Virus record (IMG/VR): IMGVR_UViG_3300018082_000009
Location: 1,646 to 65,645 of that record
Origin: a virus
Length of the DNA stretch: 64,000 nucleotides
Strand: one strand, 5' to 3'
The translations under genes and the position numbers were made by a program. The first letter of the stretch is position 1. Each line of letters starts with the position of its first letter. Shown here piece after piece: positions 1-8,426 of the stretch. Under the pieces are notes generated by a model, which saw only the letters and a list, made by a program, of their open reading frames with translations, did no database searches and was not told where the DNA came from.

Positions 1-2
1 AC

Positions 3-1121
3 AAGGACGCACAGGCTATCAACGGCTATGCAGGTTTCGGCTACCACGACATCAACGATTTGCGGCGAGGGACGTATAAGACGCCGGTCAAGAACCATTT
101 TGTCCGAGCCGCGACGGTCGAGGAGATGAAGCGCGTCGGGTGGGATCCTGAGAAGAACGAGTGGGTGCCCAGCATCAAAGTGCGAGAGGGTGAATTCAAA
201 ACGGGATATCCGATTGATCCACGGGATGCGATTACTCCTGAATCCATTGCCCGTTTTGGGCATCCGATGGGTAGACGGAATCCGAGTGATTTTGATCCGG
301 AGGATCCTTACCATCGGGTGGATGACGGGCGTATTGTCGTTAACCAATACTATCGTCCGGTGGAGGGTGGCCCGCCGATGATGTTCAGCATCCAGAAGGC
401 GGGTCCGGATCTGGAGCAGTTGCAGCAAGTGCAGAAGGCCGCAGACGCGCTGGATGACCTGATCACAAATCGGGGCTATGTCTTGCCGGAGGCTATCACG
501 GTGGAGCGTGGAGCCTACCTCCCCGGCATTTCGTATGAAGACCTGAAGGCGATGGAAGACCCGTGGCCGGATGAGAGCAAGGCCATCTGGGAGGAGAAGG
601 GATTCACGTCCACGATGGTCGGTGATGCGGGAGGACGCGCCAAGAGCTACCCGGCACTGGGTAAGTGGGAGAGCATCAGCCACCGGCACGGGTCAGCCTC
701 TGGGGTGCTGGTGAAGCATCAGGACGAGGTGGGGTCAGCGGTGCGGTTCCACATCACCCTCCCGGAGGGCACCAAGGTGGCCCCGGTGGAAGGCGTGCGA
801 CGGTTGCGGCACGAGTTTCCTCGTATTCCGAATCCTGAGCCGATGGGGCCGAAAGAACTGGCCGATCCGTTTTGGCAGGAACATCCGGACCTGTGGCAAG
901 TCACGGACTACACGCAGGCCCCCAAAGTGAATGCTGAGGATCTGACCGACAAGGGACGACGCACGGAAAGTGAGTTGTTGCTGGGCAGTGGAGCCCGGTT
1001 CCGGGTGACGAAAGTTCACCACGGGCAGAAATACCTCGTGGGTGACCCCACGCTGAAAGACGTGCCGATTGTCGAGGTATACTTGGAATATATCGGTGGC
1101 GGCAGTAGCCAAGGAGACTGA
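3..1121 (+). CDS. 5'-truncated R-S-E (VIP2/Alt/Mod-like) mono-ADP-ribosyltransferase
   Basis: Frame is open from nt 3 (KDAQAINGYAGFGYHDINDLRRG, the VIP2 'Y..GY..IN..LR' helix). Catalytic motifs: VERG (R at 507), GFTST (603-614), ESE (966-974), then LLLGSGARFRVTKV. Confidence 0.85.
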   Translation, partial: KDAQAINGYAGFGYHDINDLRRGTYKTPVKNHFVRAATVEEMKRVGWDPEKNEWVPSIKVREGEFKTGYPIDPRDAITPESIARFGHPMGRRNPSDFDPEDPYHRVDDGRIVVNQYYRPVEGGPPMMFSIQKAGPDLEQLQQVQKAADALDDLITNRGYVLPEAITVERGAYLPGISYEDLKAMEDPWPDESKAIWEEKGFTSTMVGDAGGRAKSYPALGKWESISHRHGSASGVLVKHQDEVGSAVRFHITLPEGTKVAPVEGVRRLRHEFPRIPNPEPMGPKELADPFWQEHPDLWQVTDYTQAPKVNAEDLTDKGRRTESELLLGSGARFRVTKVHHGQKYLVGDPTLKDVPIVEVYLEYIGGGSSQGD

Positions 1122-1292
1122 ATGGCCCTGAAATTCGTGGAAAAAGCGGAAAAACCACAAGAAGACCCGAAAAAACTGCCGGAAGGGGCAGATCGGTTCA
1201 TGTGGACCGAGGTGCCGGAGTCAGCCCAGCGACCGGTGATCAAGAAGACGGATTACGCATGGATTCTGAAGGGGGAGAAACCGACTGCTTGA
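1122..1292 (+). CDS. 56-aa small protein directly after the ART (possible cognate inhibitor)
   Basis: ATG at 1122 after AGGAG, abutting the ART stop. Reads MALKFVEKAEKPQEDPKKLPEGADRFMW... to TGA at 1290-1292. Below the ORF-track length cutoff. Confidence 0.6.
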   Translation: MALKFVEKAEKPQEDPKKLPEGADRFMWTEVPESAQRPVIKKTDYAWILKGEKPTA

Positions 1293-1317
1293 CAAACCAA
1301 TTCCCCCGTGCTATCGT
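1289..1317 (+). promoter_or_regulatory. sigma70-type promoter P1
   Basis: TTGACA-17nt-TATCGT with TG extended -10. Confidence 0.75.
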
Positions 1318-1361
1318 GGGTGGAGTAGCAGAGGTGACGACGGGACGGCAGGCAGTAGGGC

Positions 1362-1391
1362 TTGACAAACCGCAGTGTCTGGTGCTACACT
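1362..1391 (+). promoter_or_regulatory. sigma70-type promoter P2 (PPDK-like cassette)
   Basis: TTGACA-18nt-TACACT with TG extension; followed by TCCAATGGAGTGG RBS leader. Confidence 0.8.
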
Positions 1392-1435
1392 CGTTCTAGG
1401 TTAGATTTTCTCCAATGGAGTGGGGGCACACGACA

Positions 1436-3391
1436 ATGCAATTCTTCTCATTCGGATTCGGCAACGAAGGCACAGGGTCTGTCGATGAACTCGGCGGCAA
1501 GGGTGCGGGCCTCCTGTGGCTGGCCAAGGAAGGCGTCCCGGTTCCTCCGGGGTTCGTCATCCCCACGTCGGTCTGGGCGGAGTACGACAAGAAGCCGAAG
1601 GGCACGATGAAGGCGATTGCCAAGGCCCTGCCCGCGTATCTCTACAAGCTGGAGGCGCACTTCGGCTATCTGCCGCTTCTCTCCGTCCGCTCTGGTGCCC
1701 GTGTCTCATGTCCCGGCATGATGGACACGATCCTCAACGTGGGGATCGATGACTCCAACGTGGCGGAGTGGGCTACTCGTCTTGGCCCGAAGTGCTTCGG
1801 TGATTCGTTCCAGCGTCTGGTCGAGATGTACGGCTCGGTGGTCAAGGGTCTGCGTCGGGAGTCGCTGAGTGGCACCCTGAAGGCTTCGCTGGAGTCTTAC
1901 GAGGCTCAGACGGGTGAGACGTTTCCCGCTGCCGAGGCGCAGTTGCTGGGTGCGATTGAAGCGGTCTTCAAGTCATGGGACAACAACCGTGCGGACGAAT
2001 ACCGCAGGATGCATGGCTACGACCGCTCGTGGGGTACGGCCGTCACGGTGCAGGCCATGGTCTTCGGCAACATGGACGAGCAGAGCGGGTCTGGTGTCCT
2101 CTTCACCCGGAACCCGGACACAGGCGGCATGATCGTCACGGGTGAGTGGCTTCCGAATGCACAGGGCGAGGATATCGTGGCGGGCATCCGTACTCCTCAG
2201 CCGCTGGAGACGATGAAGCTGTGGAGCCCGGTGGTCCACGATGCTCTGCTCGATACGGTCATCAAGCTGGAGAACCTGAAGCAGGATATGCTGGACATCG
2301 AGTTCACGATTCAGAGCGGGGCGCTCTATCTCCTGCAGGTTCGCAGTGGCAAGCGCAGTGCGACGGCGGCTCTGAAGATTGCGGTGGACATGGTCAAGCA
2401 GGGGCTGATTGATGCTCCGACCGCTGTGAAGCGTGTCTCAGCGAAGCAGTTCGACTTGGCCCAGATGGCCTCGATTGACCCGAAGTTCACCAAGGAGCCC
2501 GCGTATCAGGGCATCGGAGCCTGCTCTGGTGTGGTGACGGGCAAGCCAGTGTTCAGCCGCAAGGATGCAATTGAGTGCAAGGAACCCTGCATCCTCGTGA
2601 CGCACGAAACCACGCCGGATGATATCGCCGGAATGGCGGCAGCGGTGGGCGTGCTGACGATGGTCGGCGGGCTCACGAGTCACGCGGCAGTCGTTGCACG
2701 AGCGATGGACCGGGCCTGTGTCGTGGGCGTGGGTGCCTCTATCGAGGCGTTCAAGGACATCGAAGTCCTGAGCCTCGACGGAGCCACGGGCCGCATCTGG
2801 GCGGAGGTGGTCCCTATCATCAACGGGCAGACCAACGGGGTGGTGCGAGACTTCAACGCGCTGGTGTCGGATGCACTGGGCATCGTGCCGGTCATCTTCT
2901 CAGCCCCAGAGTATCCGATGAAGGAAGCCCTGCTCTACTTGGGCGACCAGATTCTGGACCCCATCAAGGCGGCGGAGACGGTGGTCAATGCCACAGCCAA
3001 GGTCGGCAAGCTCTATCTGGATCTGGTGCCCTCGACGGAAGAGACACGCTTCCTGAATCTCGTGACGGCGCACGACCACACGGCCAAGGTGCTGGACATC
3101 CTTCACGCGGTGATGCCCGATGGCAATGATGGTCTGGTGTTGGTGGTGAGTGACAAGTACGCGACCAAGTTCTCACGCATCGTGCCGGGTGCGGATCTGC
3201 GAAGCATCGTGATGTCAGGGGCTGAACTGGTCCTCGACGGGATCGATACGACGGACCCGGCCGTCCAGCGGGTGCTGGCGTGGCGGCAGGCGGAGGGTTG
3301 CACGGTGGTATCCATCGGCAAGTACCTCGCAGGTAGCAAGTCCATGATTTCAGTGTCGCAGGCACTGCAGGTTCTTGGGGAGGGTGCATAA
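1436..3391 (+). CDS. PPDK-like phosphotransferase: ATP-grasp and phospho-His swivel domains, lacking the PEP/pyruvate TIM barrel
   Basis: GGKGAGL, PVPPGFVI, LLSVRSGA, PGMMDTILNVG, AVTVQAMVFGN, SGSGVLFTRNP, NAQGEDIVAGIRTP, DIEFTI..LYLLQVR; GGLTSHAAVVAR (His at 2681). The last ~185 aa do not resemble the PPDK C-terminal barrel. Start placed at ATG 1436 by RBS. Confidence 0.9.
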   Translation: MQFFSFGFGNEGTGSVDELGGKGAGLLWLAKEGVPVPPGFVIPTSVWAEYDKKPKGTMKAIAKALPAYLYKLEAHFGYLPLLSVRSGARVSCPGMMDTILNVGIDDSNVAEWATRLGPKCFGDSFQRLVEMYGSVVKGLRRESLSGTLKASLESYEAQTGETFPAAEAQLLGAIEAVFKSWDNNRADEYRRMHGYDRSWGTAVTVQAMVFGNMDEQSGSGVLFTRNPDTGGMIVTGEWLPNAQGEDIVAGIRTPQPLETMKLWSPVVHDALLDTVIKLENLKQDMLDIEFTIQSGALYLLQVRSGKRSATAALKIAVDMVKQGLIDAPTAVKRVSAKQFDLAQMASIDPKFTKEPAYQGIGACSGVVTGKPVFSRKDAIECKEPCILVTHETTPDDIAGMAAAVGVLTMVGGLTSHAAVVARAMDRACVVGVGASIEAFKDIEVLSLDGATGRIWAEVVPIINGQTNGVVRDFNALVSDALGIVPVIFSAPEYPMKEALLYLGDQILDPIKAAETVVNATAKVGKLYLDLVPSTEETRFLNLVTAHDHTAKVLDILHAVMPDGNDGLVLVVSDKYATKFSRIVPGADLRSIVMSGAELVLDGIDTTDPAVQRVLAWRQAEGCTVVSIGKYLAGSKSMISVSQALQVLGEGA

Positions 3392-3392
3392 A

Positions 3393-3659
3393 ATGGCGCT
3401 CAGCATCGGAGTCTCAGTTGGGAGTAAGATTGATGTGGGGGGCCATATGCTGCACGTGAAAGCATTGGTCCACCCCAACGTCGTGGTGGTCACGCTGGAC
3501 CGGGGAGAAGAGATTGTCATCAGCGAGGCCAGAGCCGTGGAGATTCTCCCCGGCGTGAAAGTGCAGTCTGGGTCCGGGGGCAACCGGTTGGCCTTCCATG
3601 CGGCCAAGTCGATTCGGATTTCCCGTGTTGGGGAACCATCGACACCTAAAGGGGAATGA
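3393..3659 (+). CDS. small beta-rich protein, weakly CsrA-like
   Basis: N-terminus MALSIGVSVGSKIDVG and C-terminus RLAFHAAKSIRISR resemble the two ends of CsrA. Confidence 0.4.
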   Translation: MALSIGVSVGSKIDVGGHMLHVKALVHPNVVVVTLDRGEEIVISEARAVEILPGVKVQSGSGGNRLAFHAAKSIRISRVGEPSTPKGE

Positions 3660-3985
3660 CCGTGCAGATCAATGACAAAGTCCTGCGAGTGTTGCAGGCC
3701 GAGAAGATATCCGCAGATGAGTTGTACCACATGCTGGACGAGGTGGCGTTCACCTCTCTGCGGGGCTGCAACCGGCGCTACTTCCAGTGGCTGTTCCTCG
3801 TGAAGGACAACGTCCTGCAGGACATGCAGCGAGTAGAATTGGTGGAGGTGGGCCGAGGCCCCCATCGCATGCTGGAGGAGCACGAGCCGTGTAACGGCGC
3901 AGGCTGTAGATCCTGTGGCTGGATCGGGTCCGTGTCGCGGGCCATCGAGGATACGACCGAGCGAGCGATGCACGCGGCTCGTTGA
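3656..3985 (+). CDS. hypothetical protein with C-terminal Cys cluster (CNGAGCRSCGWIG)
   Basis: Overlapping start/stop with the upstream gene; GGGGA RBS. Confidence 0.7.
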   Translation: MTVQINDKVLRVLQAEKISADELYHMLDEVAFTSLRGCNRRYFQWLFLVKDNVLQDMQRVELVEVGRGPHRMLEEHEPCNGAGCRSCGWIGSVSRAIEDTTERAMHAAR

Positions 3986-4011
3986 CAAATTCACAGGTGA
4001 CGTGGTAGGAT
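3982..4011 (+). promoter_or_regulatory. sigma70-type promoter P3
   Basis: TTGACA-18nt-TAGGAT with TG extension; followed by CAAGGAGTG RBS. Confidence 0.75.
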
Positions 4012-4044
4012 CAAGACCGGTCACAATCTCAAGGAGTGAGGCAG

Positions 4045-4524
4045 ATGGCGTTAGGACAGTTGAGAATCCCGCTGAACAGGCGGCAGTATTTCGTGGTGAC
4101 AGGCGGGCCGTTCTTCGATTGCCCAAAGACCATGGTCGGCGTCAAGATGGCGAAGGAGATTCGGCAGACGTGCGCTGTCGATATCCCGACCGAGGATTTC
4201 AAGACGCCCGACCGCAAGGTGCTCACCAGCGGGCTGGAGAAGGCCCTGAACCTGTTGTTGGACGGTGAGCCCCTGTATGTGGGCTGCATGGGCGGCAAGG
4301 GGCGTACAGGGCTCTTCATGGCGGTGCTGGCGAAAGCCTTCGGGGTCAAGAACCCGGTCGAGTACGTGCGGAAGCACTACTACGCACATGCGGTCGAGAC
4401 GAAGGACCAGTACGCGTTCGTGGAGCGGTTCCCCATCACCCCCGAGGTGCAGGCGAAGATCAAGCGGGCCAAGCGGTGGGCGTGGACCCGGTTCTGGAAA
4501 ACAAATCTGACCGATGCCGTTTGA
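4045..4524 (+). CDS. CX5R protein-tyrosine/dual-specificity phosphatase family protein 1
   Basis: LYVGCMGGKGRTGL P-loop; YVRKHY..HAVET.DQ tail; start at ATG 4045 after AAGGAG. Confidence 0.88.
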   Translation: MALGQLRIPLNRRQYFVVTGGPFFDCPKTMVGVKMAKEIRQTCAVDIPTEDFKTPDRKVLTSGLEKALNLLLDGEPLYVGCMGGKGRTGLFMAVLAKAFGVKNPVEYVRKHYYAHAVETKDQYAFVERFPITPEVQAKIKRAKRWAWTRFWKTNLTDAV

Positions 4525-4549
4525 CAAACGGTTCAGGTGCTGGTAAACT
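4521..4549 (+). promoter_or_regulatory. sigma70-type promoter P4
   Basis: TTGACA-17nt-TAAACT with TG extension; followed by TCCAAGGAGTGG. Confidence 0.8.
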
Positions 4550-4586
4550 CTCTGTAGTCACGTTTTTCCTCCAAGGAGTGGGGTTC

Positions 4587-5681
4587 ATGAAGTTTCTTCC
4601 AAACAATACGCTGGCGTACTTCAACGCGGCACCGCAGACGCACCAGCACAACCTGTCGGAACTGCCGACAGCGGTCTTCGCCCAGTCCACGCTGGAGTAC
4701 AAGAAGAATTGCGACCAAGCCTCTCCCAACAATGACGCCGTCTCGTTCTACACGCTGAACCACTGCGCCTCCATCGTCCGGAAGCTGTTCACGGCAAACG
4801 AACCGCTCCCGGCGTGGGCACAGTCGATCATGCAGACCTATACGGACGTGGCGATGGCACAGGGTGAGCGGATGTTGCATTACATCCTCTGCATCACGAC
4901 GCGTGAGACGCGTCACCTGAAGTCCTGCACCACGCCGTTCTGGAATCAGGTCAAGGCCAAGTGGGGCCAGCAGGGAGTGGACATCCTCCGGCACATCTCC
5001 AGCAATGGGGGCGAGGATACGGCGATGAACAAGTACCTCGTGACGCCACCGGACATCTCGATTGGCGACTACACGAAGCTCCTGTCCTACGCGTTCCACA
5101 ATGCGGGCCACTCCGGCTGGAGCGGCGGCTACGGCGGGCACCCGTGGGGCGACGTGACCGATGCATGCATTGCCATGCTGACGGGCGTCACCTCGATGGA
5201 GATGCTGGTGGATACCGGCTATACGCTGGCCCACAACGGTGGTCCCATCTTCAACAAGGGCATGATGTACTCGCATTACGACGGGCACTTCATGACCATC
5301 CTCGACGTGCAGAGGTCGGGGCAGATGCTGGACCTGATGTTCGAAACCCAGACGCTGGGCATCAAGAAAACGGTAGAGGCGGAGGGGGCAGCACAGTTGA
5401 TCAAGATGCACCGTCCACAGGAGTGCAAGGGGTATCTCGACTGGAAGCTGGTCGATGAACTGCGTCCCCAGAAGGACAAGGATTCGAATCCCGGCAAGTA
5501 CGCCGCGCAGACGAAGGCTCAGAAGCAGGCGACCGTGAAGCCGAAGGCTGTCAAGGCGGCGGCGAAGGCTCCGAAGGTCGAGCCCACAATGACGACGCTG
5601 CTCGGCAAGAAGGTCAAGGTAACCGGTGCGTGGAAGGTGGCCCCCCATCAGACCGTGACCGTGGTTGAAAGGGCGGAGTAG
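4587..5681 (+). CDS. hypothetical protein (GGYGGxxW and DxxxxLAHNGGPIFNK motifs; Lys/Ala-rich tail)
   Basis: 364-aa ORF with strong RBS directly after P4. Confidence 0.8.
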   Translation: MKFLPNNTLAYFNAAPQTHQHNLSELPTAVFAQSTLEYKKNCDQASPNNDAVSFYTLNHCASIVRKLFTANEPLPAWAQSIMQTYTDVAMAQGERMLHYILCITTRETRHLKSCTTPFWNQVKAKWGQQGVDILRHISSNGGEDTAMNKYLVTPPDISIGDYTKLLSYAFHNAGHSGWSGGYGGHPWGDVTDACIAMLTGVTSMEMLVDTGYTLAHNGGPIFNKGMMYSHYDGHFMTILDVQRSGQMLDLMFETQTLGIKKTVEAEGAAQLIKMHRPQECKGYLDWKLVDELRPQKDKDSNPGKYAAQTKAQKQATVKPKAVKAAAKAPKVEPTMTTLLGKKVKVTGAWKVAPHQTVTVVERAE

Positions 5682-5685
5682 TCAC

Positions 5686-6447
5686 ATGTCTGTATGGAAT
5701 TTCAAGGACAAGGGCGTCGATGACGCCTTCTCCGGCACCAACTTATCGGTGCGGTGTTACGAGTCGCACCCACGGTTGAAGATCGGCAAGGGCACGCTGT
5801 GCGGCGGGAGTGCCAGTTACCCGGTGGTGAAGGATGCCCACGTCTACGTGGCCCTGCAGAGCGGCAGCACCAGCGGGCGCATCTCGGACCCGTGGGAGAC
5901 GCAGACGGTGGTGGAGGTGCAGTACAGCATTCAGGACATGCACGCGCCCACCAACGTCACCCGGTTCAAGAAGATGATCACGTGGCTGTGCAATCAATTG
6001 CACGAGGGCAAGACGGTCCATGTGGGCTGCATCGGGGGCCATGGCAGGACCGGCACGGTGTTCGCGGCGATTGTCGCGGAGGCACTGGGAGAGAAGGACG
6101 CCATCCAGTGGGTGCGGAAGCACTACTGCAAGAAGGCCGTGGAGGCACGGGAGCAAGTCAAGTTCCTGATGAAGCACTACGGGGTGTCTGAGGCCGAGGG
6201 GGCGAAGAGTGCGCCCGCCGTCAAGTGGACGACCAAGCATGGCCTGAGCAAGCCCACAGAGGCCGTGGGCCTGTCCTTGGACGAGTGGGAGGCCAACATG
6301 AAGGCCAAGCCCAAGCCCAAGGAGAAGTCGTCTCCGGGGCGACGTGTGATACTCTCAGTGGGGGCGGCGAAGGCCACCAAGGCGTTCGAACCCATGGCTT
6401 CTGACCGGAGCCTGTGGAAGCTGAAGAAAAAGTCCAAGGCGGTTTGA
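5686..6447 (+). CDS. CX5R phosphatase family protein 2
   Basis: VHVGCIGGHGRTGT P-loop; WVRKHYCKKAVE..EQ; basic C-terminal extension. Confidence 0.88.
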   Translation: MSVWNFKDKGVDDAFSGTNLSVRCYESHPRLKIGKGTLCGGSASYPVVKDAHVYVALQSGSTSGRISDPWETQTVVEVQYSIQDMHAPTNVTRFKKMITWLCNQLHEGKTVHVGCIGGHGRTGTVFAAIVAEALGEKDAIQWVRKHYCKKAVEAREQVKFLMKHYGVSEAEGAKSAPAVKWTTKHGLSKPTEAVGLSLDEWEANMKAKPKPKEKSSPGRRVILSVGAAKATKAFEPMASDRSLWKLKKKSKAV

Positions 6448-6473
6448 CAAACCCGGAGACGACGTGTTACACT
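6444..6473 (+). promoter_or_regulatory. sigma70-type promoter P5
   Basis: TTGACA-18nt-TACACT with TG extension; followed by TCCAAGGAGTGG. Confidence 0.8.
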
Positions 6474-6506
6474 GTCTCCAGTTCAATTTCGTCCAAGGAG
6501 TGGGCA

Positions 6507-7502
6507 ATGCCAGTCACGATTAGTTCAGAGGCGCAGTTGGTGTTCTTCAACAAGGTTTTCGGGATCACGCACCCGGTGACCCTCAAGGCCAAGGTCTTGT
6601 TGACACAGGGAGTGGCGTTCGAAGTCTCCCTTTACAACGTCCGGGCACAGGTCAAGGGCAAGACCCAACAGGTCAACCTGACCTACGGGACGACGGCTCT
6701 GATGAAGGGCACGGCAGACGCCGTGGTCCTCTCGCAGAACAAGAAGCTCATCGAGGAATGGGTGACCGGGCTCTACGTGAGCATGGGTTCTCCGGAGGCC
6801 CAGAAGGCCACCCTGAAGGCACCTGTGCAGACCGCTCCGATTGCCTACAGAGTGGTCTTGCTGGGCGTGACGCACCCGCTGCCGCATCTTCTAAAGCTGG
6901 TCAAGGCGGTGCATTCGGTGACCGGTGGTACCGTGGCAGCGGCCAAGAAGAAGGTCGATGATGCGGTGGCCGGAGCGACGGTGGAGATTGGCACGTATCC
7001 GTCGTTGGAAGCGGCGAATATCGCGGCGGCACCCATCACAGCGGCGGAAGGCCATCTGCAGTTCGTACCTCTGGTCCCTCCGACCGTGACGGTGGCCCCA
7101 CCACAGGTGGTGGGGGGTCCGGGTCCATATGCGTGGGCCAAGCCGGTGGACCAAGTCATCGACCTGAAGGCGGCGAAGGCTCTGGGCCAGAAGGTCCACG
7201 GCACGAGCACCGGCAGCGTGTATCACACGATTGCCATCAGCGAGCACGTGAAGGTGGCGGCACGGCTCTATACGACCGGGTCCATCTCGATCCGGGCGGA
7301 GTGGACGGACAATCCCACGGGTGACCTGAAGCTGCTCGCGGAAGCGGGCCTGCAGATGAAGCCCAGCTACGGCAGCATCCATTTCGACGCGCAGGACGTG
7401 CCGCTCCAGCGGGTCATCGGGGCCTTCCTGCTCGGCACGGGCATCGAGTGGCAGCAAGTGGTGACCAAGGGTGCGGATCTGGTCATCGGGGAATACAAGT
7501 GA
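6507..7502 (+). CDS. hypothetical protein with an internal ribosomal L7/L12 C-terminal-like domain
   Basis: LLKLVKAVHSVTGGTVAAAKKKVDD...LEAANIAAAPITAAEGHLQFV (~6860-7070) resembles the L7/L12 CTD pattern. Confidence 0.55.
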   Translation: MPVTISSEAQLVFFNKVFGITHPVTLKAKVLLTQGVAFEVSLYNVRAQVKGKTQQVNLTYGTTALMKGTADAVVLSQNKKLIEEWVTGLYVSMGSPEAQKATLKAPVQTAPIAYRVVLLGVTHPLPHLLKLVKAVHSVTGGTVAAAKKKVDDAVAGATVEIGTYPSLEAANIAAAPITAAEGHLQFVPLVPPTVTVAPPQVVGGPGPYAWAKPVDQVIDLKAAKALGQKVHGTSTGSVYHTIAISEHVKVAARLYTTGSISIRAEWTDNPTGDLKLLAEAGLQMKPSYGSIHFDAQDVPLQRVIGAFLLGTGIEWQQVVTKGADLVIGEYK

Positions 7503-7756
7503 CGGCCACCGATAGCCTGCGAGTCGAGGCCCCGGCCGCGCAGGCAGAGTTGACGTGGCTGTTGGCGGTCAAGGTGGGGGACACACGCTCCGGCGTGCTG
7601 TTCCCGGCCTTTGAGACGCCCGTGGAGTGGGTCTGCACGGAGGTGGGCATTGCCCACTGGGAGTTCACAGCACAGTTCTGTGGCCTGCCGCTGTGCGGCG
7701 TGAGGATAGAACCGCGAGAGGGCATGCTGGTGCTCACGATGAAGGAGTCTGTATGA
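7499..7756 (+). CDS. hypothetical protein
   Basis: GTG start overlapping the upstream stop; coupled operon structure. Confidence 0.6.
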   Translation: MTATDSLRVEAPAAQAELTWLLAVKVGDTRSGVLFPAFETPVEWVCTEVGIAHWEFTAQFCGLPLCGVRIEPREGMLVLTMKESV

Positions 7757-8028
7757 CGAAGAAGCGTGCCGTGTTGACCGTTACCGTGCGGGCCAGCACT
7801 CTGAAGCGGGCGTTCTTGAAGTTGTTCCCCGGCAAGACCGCGCAGGAGATGTACCCGCACTGGCTGAAGTTCTGGGGGAACCTTTCGCACAGTGACTTCA
7901 CCACGGTGCAGTACGTGACACCGGAGTCTCCGGTGGAGGCCGATGGTCCGCTCGATCCAGCGTTGCTGGCAGCGGCGTTGAAGGATCTGGAAGTCGCTCG
8001 GTTGGAACGGGAAGGTGAGGACGTATGA
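7753..8028 (+). CDS. hypothetical protein
   Basis: ATG 7753 after AAGGAG; ATGA overlap. Confidence 0.65.
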   Translation: MTKKRAVLTVTVRASTLKRAFLKLFPGKTAQEMYPHWLKFWGNLSHSDFTTVQYVTPESPVEADGPLDPALLAAALKDLEVARLEREGEDV

Positions 8029-8426
8029 ACCTCCCATTCTTTGCAGCCGACACGCTTGGCTGCACGCTTTACGCGGTGAAGGGCGGGCTCGTCGCCAACG
8101 AAGTACATCGCATGGACTTCGGCCCGTGGCATGTGGACTTGGCCATCGACGTGACCTCCGACTTGATGTCCGGGTCCGAGATTGGCCTATGGGTGACACT
8201 GGCCAAGAAGCTGCAGACCTATCTCATCGTCCGGGAGAAGGAAAGCTGGTTGCTCGTGCTGGATGACACGCTCCTGAAGGAGTGCGGGGCTCGCACCGGC
8301 TTCGGCAGCACCACGGTGAAAGAGCGGGTGGTGGAAGTCAAACCAGCGGTGAAGGGGGTTTTCCGATGGTCTGGTGACGCGTGGTCCCGTGTGCAGTATG
8401 ATGGAACGCATACCATGGGAGGGTAG
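8025..8426 (+). CDS. hypothetical protein
   Basis: ATGA overlap, GAGG RBS. Confidence 0.65.
   Translation: MNLPFFAADTLGCTLYAVKGGLVANEVHRMDFGPWHVDLAIDVTSDLMSGSEIGLWVTLAKKLQTYLIVREKESWLLVLDDTLLKECGARTGFGSTTVKERVVEVKPAVKGVFRWSGDAWSRVQYDGTHTMGG

Noticed and set aside
1436-3391. Annotation as a metabolic ppdK auxiliary gene
   Set aside because: Lacks the C-terminal PEP/pyruvate-binding barrel needed for PPDK catalysis.
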